Of a DNA stretch of 64,000 bases, positions 56,691-64,000 are shown piece after piece. The notes below the pieces were generated by a model. That model saw only the letters and a list, made by a program, of their open reading frames with translations. It had not been told where the DNA came from and did not search any database. Made by a program: the position numbers and the translations under genes. Every line of letters starts with the position of its first letter. The first letter of the stretch is position 1. The DNA lies in assembly GCF_016432865.1 (NCBI RefSeq), contig NC_067398.1, positions 125,798,001-125,862,000 on the forward strand. Direction: 5' to 3'. This DNA is from Antechinus flavipes (Eukaryota).

Positions 56691-57008
56691 TGTCAGGCTC
56701 ATACTCTTATCACAAGATCCTGCACTCAAATCCTTTCAAGTTTAGTGGGACTAGCTGGGGTTTGCACCCTACTGATAAAAGTCTGAGGCCTGAGTAACCA
56801 TAATGACACTTTCAAGTAAGACATATGGAACAATTTATTTCAAGTGTATTTAATTAGCTATGTTTATATACTAATATAACATAACAATATAATATAATAT
56901 AAATACACCTAAATATAAATCAGGTATGATTAAGTAGATGAAAGAAAGATTCCATCACTCTTGACGAGACTATAGATATAGCAATTCTTAATCAGTGTGA
57001 TTGGTACA
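56691..57008 (-). mobile_element. Solo LTR (318 bp) with 5-bp TSD
   Basis: TGT...ACA termini; TSD AATGA at 56686-56690 and 57009-57013; minus-strand AATAAA at 56834-56839 with a TATA-like motif upstream. Confidence 0.85.
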
Positions 57009-58399
57009 AATGATAATTCTGCTTATGTAACATTAAACAGAGCTAATATGGAACAGACTTGTCTGGATCCCGAGGTCATAGAAAGAGATAGAAATCATTT
57101 AATTTTATTCCTTTCTTTTTCAGGAGGACAAATGATTTCTTCCAATGGAGTCAAGATGATGGAGAAAAGTCAGGGCATTGCTGGAGTTCTCCCCAGTTTT
57201 CCTCAGAATTAATTTCTGAGGATTCTACAGTGACAGACCCCACAAACATTCAGGATGAAAGAATTTTTCAGCTTAAGATATCTTGGAAGGACTTCAGGAA
57301 AATCTGTCTTGCTTGGACTGGGGTGGGGGGAGGGAGGGAATGTGATCCAGCACAGGTGCAGCATGGGGAATCTAGAGAAAGGCTTTTAGACAAAGTACTA
57401 GCCAATAGTGTTGACTCCTCTGGCTTGGTTCACAGTGTCAGTGCTTAGCAAGCCAGCTATGAGATCTTCAACACAAGCACAGAAGGCAAATTGTGAACCT
57501 CTGAAATTCATGAGGCACAACAAGCTGGGCTAAGCCAGGACAACGCAGCACAGTGGAAAACTGGCAACACCTTAGGCCCCAGCACAGATAAGTCAATAAA
57601 AGACTCCTGTCTCCTTATAAAAGATAATTGGGAAAATCTCCCCTGTGCCGTAGGAACAAAGCTTATCTTTTAAAAATGTGCAAAAAAAGAAAAAAAAAAA
57701 GAAATTGACAATAAAAAAAGCTACTATGGTGATAGGGAAAATCAGAACACAAACCCAGAAGAGGACAGCAATGGCAAAATGTTTACATATGAAGTATCAA
57801 AGGGGCATATAAATATGAAAGGGGCATATCAAGCTCAAAAGGTTCTCATAAAAGATCTCACAAAGAATTTTTAAAAAACAAAGTAAGAGAGAAGAAAAAT
57901 TGGGAAAAGAAAAGAGAGCTATGCTGGAGATTTTGAAAAAAAAAGTCAACATCTTAAGGAAAAAAGCCAATGGCTTGGAAAAAGAAGCACAGAAATTGAT
58001 TGAAGAAAGAAACTTAAAAATCAGAGCTAGTGAAATGGGAAAAATACATTGACTCCTTAAAAATAATTTGATGAAATGGGGAAAATGTATATACTGAAGA
58101 AAACAATTCTTTAAAAATAGATTTGTCAAAATGGAAAAAAAAAAAACATATACTGAAGAAAACAACTACTTTAAAAATATAATTAACCAACTGGAGAAGG
58201 AGATAAAAAAAGCTACCAAAGAAAACAATTCATTAAAAATTAGAATTGAAAAAATGGAAGCAAATGAGTCAATGAGACATCAAGAATCAGTCAAACAAAA
58301 CAAAACAAAACAAAAAATAACAAAACAGAAGAAAATGTATATATACTCATTGGAAAAACAACAGACTGGGAAAGACAATTTAAGAATTATTGGACTACA

Positions 58400-58600
58400 T
58401 GGAAGAAGAAGAAGAAGAAGAAGAAGAAGAAGAAGAAGAAGAAGAAGAAAAGGAGAAGGATAAGAAAAAGAAGGAAAGGAGGAGAAGAAGGAAAAGGAAA
58501 AAAAGAAGAAAAAGAGAGGGAAAGGGAAAAGGAAAAGGAGAAGGAGAGGGAGAGGGAGAGTGAAAAGGAGAAGAAAGAGAAGAAAAAAAGAAGAAAAAAC
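58400..58600. repeat. (GAA)n plus purine-rich expansion inside L1 ORF1
   Basis: about 15 GAA units followed by a GA-rich tract. Confidence 0.95.
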
Positions 58601-59174
58601 CTGGATAGCATCTTTCAAAAAATCAATAAGGAAAACTACTCTTATAACCAGAGGGTAAAATAGCCATTGAAAGAAATTACCTATCATTTCCTGGAAAAGA
58701 CCCCCAAAATTAAAACTCCAAGGAATATTGTAACCAAATCCTAGATCAGATCAAAGAGAAAATGTTATAAAGCAGCCAAAAATAAACAAATCAAATAAGG
58801 CAATCAGGATTACCCAAGAGCTAGCAGCTTCCACATTAAAGAATTGGAGGGCTTGGAAAACAATATTCAGAATCATAAAAAAGCTTAAACTTCAACCAAG
58901 AATCAACTGCCTAGCATAATTGAACATTATCTTTTAGAGGGAAAGATGCACATCAGTTAAATAGGGAATTTTATAATGATTTCTGATGAAAAGGCCAGAG
59001 CTGAACAGAAAATTTGATCTTCAAATATTCAAAGAGAAGCATATAAAAATAAAGAATAAAGGGAAAAATGTATAATTTAAAAGTTAAAATGTACATATCC
59101 CTTCATAGGAAGATGATAGCTGTAACTCTTGAGAATTGTAACTTTGTCAGGGCAGTTAGAAAGGGTATATACAT

Positions 59175-59678
59175 TGTAGTGTGCTTTCTAGGGCCCTCAA
59201 ATTGGGGTGCCAATATGTACTATGCTTTCTAGAGCCCCCACGCTGGGATGCCAAAATATACCATCTGGACTAGCTCTCTGGAGGAGTCTTAGTAGAGGAG
59301 TGATTGCAGAGGACCCATGAGAGTGATCAAAGATGGAGTCCATTTATTTCAAGTCTCAGCCCCTAAATACTTTAGTATTATTACTTACCTCCAGCACACT
59401 GAGCATATGCTAACTATAGTACCATTACATCACCATAGCACACTGCACAAGTGCTAATTATAAGCACCCTGCTATAAATATGTAAATGCTTCTTTACTGT
59501 TAGTATCCCTTGTTTCAAGTGGAACACAGGTGGCCATGCCCTCCTTGACGTCTCAGGAAGGATGAGATGTCCCAGAGGGAGATGGGATGTTGAACCAGAC
59601 ATTGTCATCAGGTTCCCTCTTGGCTGAAGGTCTTATACTTTACCCAGAATTCTCCCTTACTATCTGTGGCCTTCTACA
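59175..59678 (-). mobile_element. Solo LTR (504 bp) with 6-bp TSD in the L1 inter-ORF spacer
   Basis: TGTAG...CTACA termini; flanks ATACAT / GTACAT; minus-strand TATTTA (near 59364-59369) then AATAAA (59343-59348); internal repeat of about 41 bp near 59178-59260. Confidence 0.88.
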
Positions 59679-62310
59679 GTACATAGATAGAAGTAAAAAG
59701 AGGAGGCAAAATGGGGTAAATTACATGACATGAAGAGGCACCAAAAAATCTATTACAGTAGGGAGAAAAAAGAGAAGGGCATTGGCATTGTTTGAACCTT
59801 AATCTCATCAGATTTGGCTGAAAGAGGAATTAACATATGCACTTAGTTTGGCATGGAAATTTGTCTTATCTAATAGAAAGGGAGGTAGAGAAAGGGGAAA
59901 GAAAAGGAAGTGGCTGATAGAAAGGAGAGCAGATTGAGGGAAGTGGGGATCAGAAGAAAAATACTAATGAGAAGGGAAAGAGTAAAAGGAGAGAGAAAAC
60001 TATATGCAGGGAAAAATAGGACAGAGAAAATACAGAGTTGATATTCATAACTGTAAATGTGAATGTGTTGTACTCTCCCATAAAATAGAAATGGATAGCA
60101 GAGTGGATTAAAAGAAATACATTTGAAGCAGAGATACATACACAGAACAAAGGTAAAAGGCTGTAGCAGAATATATTATGTTTCAGTTGAAGTTAAAAAG
60201 AAAAGCAGGGGTAGCTGTCTGATCTCAGACCAAACATAGGAAAAATAGAACTAATTAAAAGCAATAAGAAAGGAAACTACATCTTCCTAAAGAGTATCAT
60301 AGATAATAAAGTAATATCAATATTAAATATATATGCATCAAGTAACATAGCATCCAAATTCTTAGAGAAGTTAAGTGAGTTGCAGGAAGAAATAGCAAAA
60401 CTGTAATAGTGAGTATCCCATTCTTCCTCTCTCAAAACTAGATAAATGTAACCACAAAATAAACAAGAAGTTAAGGAGATGAATAGAATTTTAGAAAAGT
60501 AAGGTCTGATAACTCTTTGGAGGCTACTGGATGGGATTAGAAAGGAAGACACTTTGTCAATGGTACAAGGCATTTACACAAAATTGACAGTTTATTAGGG
60601 TATAAAAACAACACAATCAAATGCAGAAAACAGAAATATTAAATCCATCCTTTTCAAATAATGATGAAATAAAAGTTACATGTAATAAAGAGCCATGGAA
60701 TAGATAAAAATTTATTTGGAAACTAAATGATCTAATTTTAAAAAAAAGTGTGGGTTAAACAACAAATCATAGAAACAATCAATAACTTCATCCAAGAGAA
60801 TGAGATAACATTTTTATGTTATCTCAAAATTTAAGTATGGGATGCAACCAAAGCAGTTCTTAAGGAACATTTATATCTCTAAATGCTTACATAAATAAAA
60901 TAGGTGAAGAGGAGATCAATGAAAACTGGGCAGGCAAAAAAAAAAAGCTAGAAAAAGAACAAATTAAAAACTCCCATTAAATACTAAATTAGAAACTTTG
61001 ATGAAAATCAGAGATATTAATAAAATTAAAACTATTGAATAAATAAAACTTAGTTTTATTTTTATGAAGAAAAATCAACAAAATAAATCAATTTGATTAG
61101 AAAAAAAAAGAAAAAAAGAAAACCAAATTACCAGTATCAAAAATGGAAACTGTGAATTCCAAAAATGGAAACCAATGAAGAGGAAATTAAGACAATAATT
61201 AGGAGCTATTTTCTCCAATTGTATGTGAATAAATATGACAATCTAAGTGAAATGGATAAATATTTACAAAATTATAAATTGCAGATCAACAGAAGAGGAA
61301 ATGAAATACTTAAATACCCCCATATTAGAAAAAGAAATTGAACAAGCCATCAATGAATTCCTTTAGAAAAAATCTCCAGAGCCAGATCCATTAAACATTT
61401 GGTAGAATTCATTTGTAAAAGAGAAATTAATTTCAATATTATATAAACTATTTGGAAAAATAGGGGAAGAAGGAGCTCTAACAAAATCCTTTTATGACAC
61501 TGATATGGGGCTGATACCTAAATCATGAAGTGCCAAAACAGTCAAAAAATTATGGATTGATACAAAAATTTTCAATTAAAATATTAGTAAAGAAATTACA
61601 GCAACTTATAATCAAGATAATACACTATGACCACGTGAGACTATACCAGGAATTCAGGGATGGTTTAATATAAGGAAAACTATCAGCATAATTGACCATA
61701 TCAATAACAAATAGTAGAAATCATTTGATTGACTATCTAAATAGATGCAGAAAAAGAATTTGACAAAATATAAAACACATTCCTAATTTAAAAAAAAAAA
61801 CATTAGAGAACATAGGAATGAATGGGGTTTTCCTTAAAATTATAAATTGCATTTATCCAAAGCCATCAACAAGCATTATATATAACAGGGATAAACTAGA
61901 AGCATTTCCAGCAAGATCAGGGGTGAAACAAGGATGCCCATTATCACTACTGTTATTCAACATTGTACTAGAAAATTTAGTTTTAGTACTAAGAGAATAA
62001 AAAGAACTTGAAATAATTAGAATAGGCAATGAAGAAAGAAAATTATCATTCTCTGCAGATAATATGGTGATTATTTTAGAGAATGCTAGAGAACCCACTA
62101 AAAACAACTTGAAGCAATTAATGACTTTATTTGGAAATTAACAACTTTTATTTGGAAAAAATAAAATACTACTGAGAATAAAAAAAAGATTCTCCCAAGG
62201 TCCCACACATATGTATAAGCAACAAATCTGGGATTTAAAGCTGCTTTCTCAATTTCATCCTAGTGTTTTTCCCCACATAATCCTCCCCTGCTTTATTAAA
62301 CCATACTCAC

Positions 62311-62351
62311 CAAAAGTCTGGCCAGTAGCTGTTGGGCCGAAGGAAGTTTCA
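62311..62351 (-). CDS. MROH2B: MROH2B exon 15 (41 nt)
   Basis: ctctttctag|TG AAA...TTG|gtgagt; (V)KLPSAQQLLARLL. Confidence 0.95.
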
Positions 62352-62505
62352 CTAGAAAGAGAAGTTAAATAGTAGTATTAGTGGAACTGGAATGATTCTG
62401 ATTAGATTCAGAGCATGTTTTCACTTAGATCTTGTTGGATGGCATGAAGGAACCATGCTTTATATGGGAATATGTCCATAACAAGAAAAACAGTAGGGTT
62501 TTTTA

Positions 62506-62694
<189 letters not shown>

Positions 62695-64000
62695 TCAAGG
62701 CTAGGTTATACCTTTCCATTTTTCTCTATTTATGGTTTTCTTCTTTTGCTATTAGAAAGCTCCATTAATATCCCCCTCCCCCTATATCTCTGTTTTGTCT
62801 CTCTGTGTCTGTCTTTCTCTCTGTGTGTTTCTGACTCATCTCAGATGCATAAGGAATTTGTGGCATAGAAGTGAATTATTTTCGTGAATTATAGTTTTGG
62901 AGAGTTGCCTCGATGGAAAGAAGAGATTAAGTGATTTATCCACAATGCCTCAGTCAGGGTGTGTTAGAGGTAAAATTAGAATTCATGCCTTTCTGACTCC
63001 AAGCCCAGTTTCTATCTATTATGCCATAATACAATCTGTTTTTGGATATACAAGTCAAATCCTGTTACTAGCAAATACTATTATAATAAAATGTCTCTAT
63101 AATTAAAAAAAATTTACATAAGGGATCATTGTATGAAAGCTAGGCAAATAGAATCATTAATAGAAGTCTTAGTATTATTTCATTTTTGATGTTCCTAAGA
63201 GAAACTACTAGCTGTATGGGTTACCTTGACTATCAGCTTAGCCTCGATCTCTAGAAAAACAGTAATAATTCAAATTCACAACTGGTTCTAGTCAAACTTT
63301 CAACTTTGTTTTCATTTGGAATAGCCTTGTTTCTAATCTTCTATATCTGATAAGTTACAGTCTAAACAATTCTTTCTTCTAATGTCTTTTTAATGAATCA
63401 TTTCTTTTTAAATTTCCATATAATGCTACCAGTGTACTCCAATGTCTCATAATTTCACACTGAAACTTGCTTGAATCTAGGTTACCATAGTAGTTCTTTC
63501 TTAGGATCCCCAATTCTAAATTCTCTCTCTATCCATACTTCACTTAACAAAATATCCTTCTCAAACATAAATTTGCATTGAATAAGATTAAAACTTAAAA
63601 AGAGTTGCTTTAATTTGCATTTGAAATATTTTTTATTGTGGTCATTTATAATTTTCAATTATTTGGAAAACCTTTTCATGTGGCTATATATCATTTAAGG
63701 ATGTATACACAGTTTAGTCATTTTTATTTGCATTACTTTAAAATTGAAATTCAGAACAGTTAAGCTACTTCATAGATTTACTGCTAATGCGTGAACATAT
63801 TTATTTTTCCATAATCACTTGCAAAGTATGAATCAGTCCCAGATGCAAAGACACTAAAATCCCTTTTCTTAAGATTTTTTTCATCTCTGAGAGCTTAAAA
63901 ACTCTAAAGGGCCAGAGTTTTGACAATACCATCACAGAGATTAAAAACTAGGTGAGGATAATATATAATAAGGGCTACAGGAGTTGAGAAAAGGAGATAT

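Larger units (their letters stand above)
57147..62130 (+). mobile_element. LINE-1 with 5' end retained, 3'-truncated in RT; antisense to MROH2B in intron 15
   Basis: starts ggagtcaagatgatggag (GGAGCCAAGATGGCGGAG-like); ORF1 remnant (ORF 58131..58463 coiled coil and DNLRIIGL); endonuclease from about 60040; RT (ORF 61818..62000 SGVKQGCPLSLLLFNIVLE); many frameshifts. Confidence 0.93.

Noticed and set aside
57095-57212. Plus-strand acceptor (ttttattcctttctttttcag|GAGG) just before the L1 start
   Set aside because: No partner exon or donor found; such tracts arise readily in AT-rich DNA.
58280-58687. Poly-Leu/Phe/Arg ORFs
   Set aside because: Translations of the (GAA)n purine expansion inside L1 ORF1.

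Overview
Mammalian genomic DNA, AT-rich and strongly CpG-depleted. The repeat content (WSINE1, MAR1, MIR/L2/L3, RTE, marsupial-type L1) points to an Australian marsupial, probably a dasyurid; this is an inference. The main feature is the 3' three-quarters of MROH2B (HEATR7B2/SPIF, a maestro HEAT-like repeat protein) on the minus strand. I traced 29 coding exons by hand, from 62670 down to the stop codon at 11730-11732. They are numbered 14-42 by counting back from the human 42-exon model, recalled from memory. They splice into one uninterrupted frame of 3423 nt (1140 aa plus stop). All introns are GT-AG except one GC-AG intron, and AATAAA lies only 10 nt after the stop. The 5' exons lie beyond the right edge of the window. 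The rest is intronic or intergenic DNA full of transposon remnants. The most complex is a nested stack in intron 15: an L1 with its 5' end retained, two solo LTRs with target-site duplications, and a displaced copy of the L1 5'UTR. There are two assembly gaps (40318-40492, 44463-44613). I found no convincing new biological system. The best leads are splice and regulatory oddities of MROH2B (duplicated poison acceptor, GC donor, sense-oriented LTRs, very short 3'UTR) and unusual transposon rearrangements. Repeat boundaries are approximate unless a TSD or terminal repeat is quoted.
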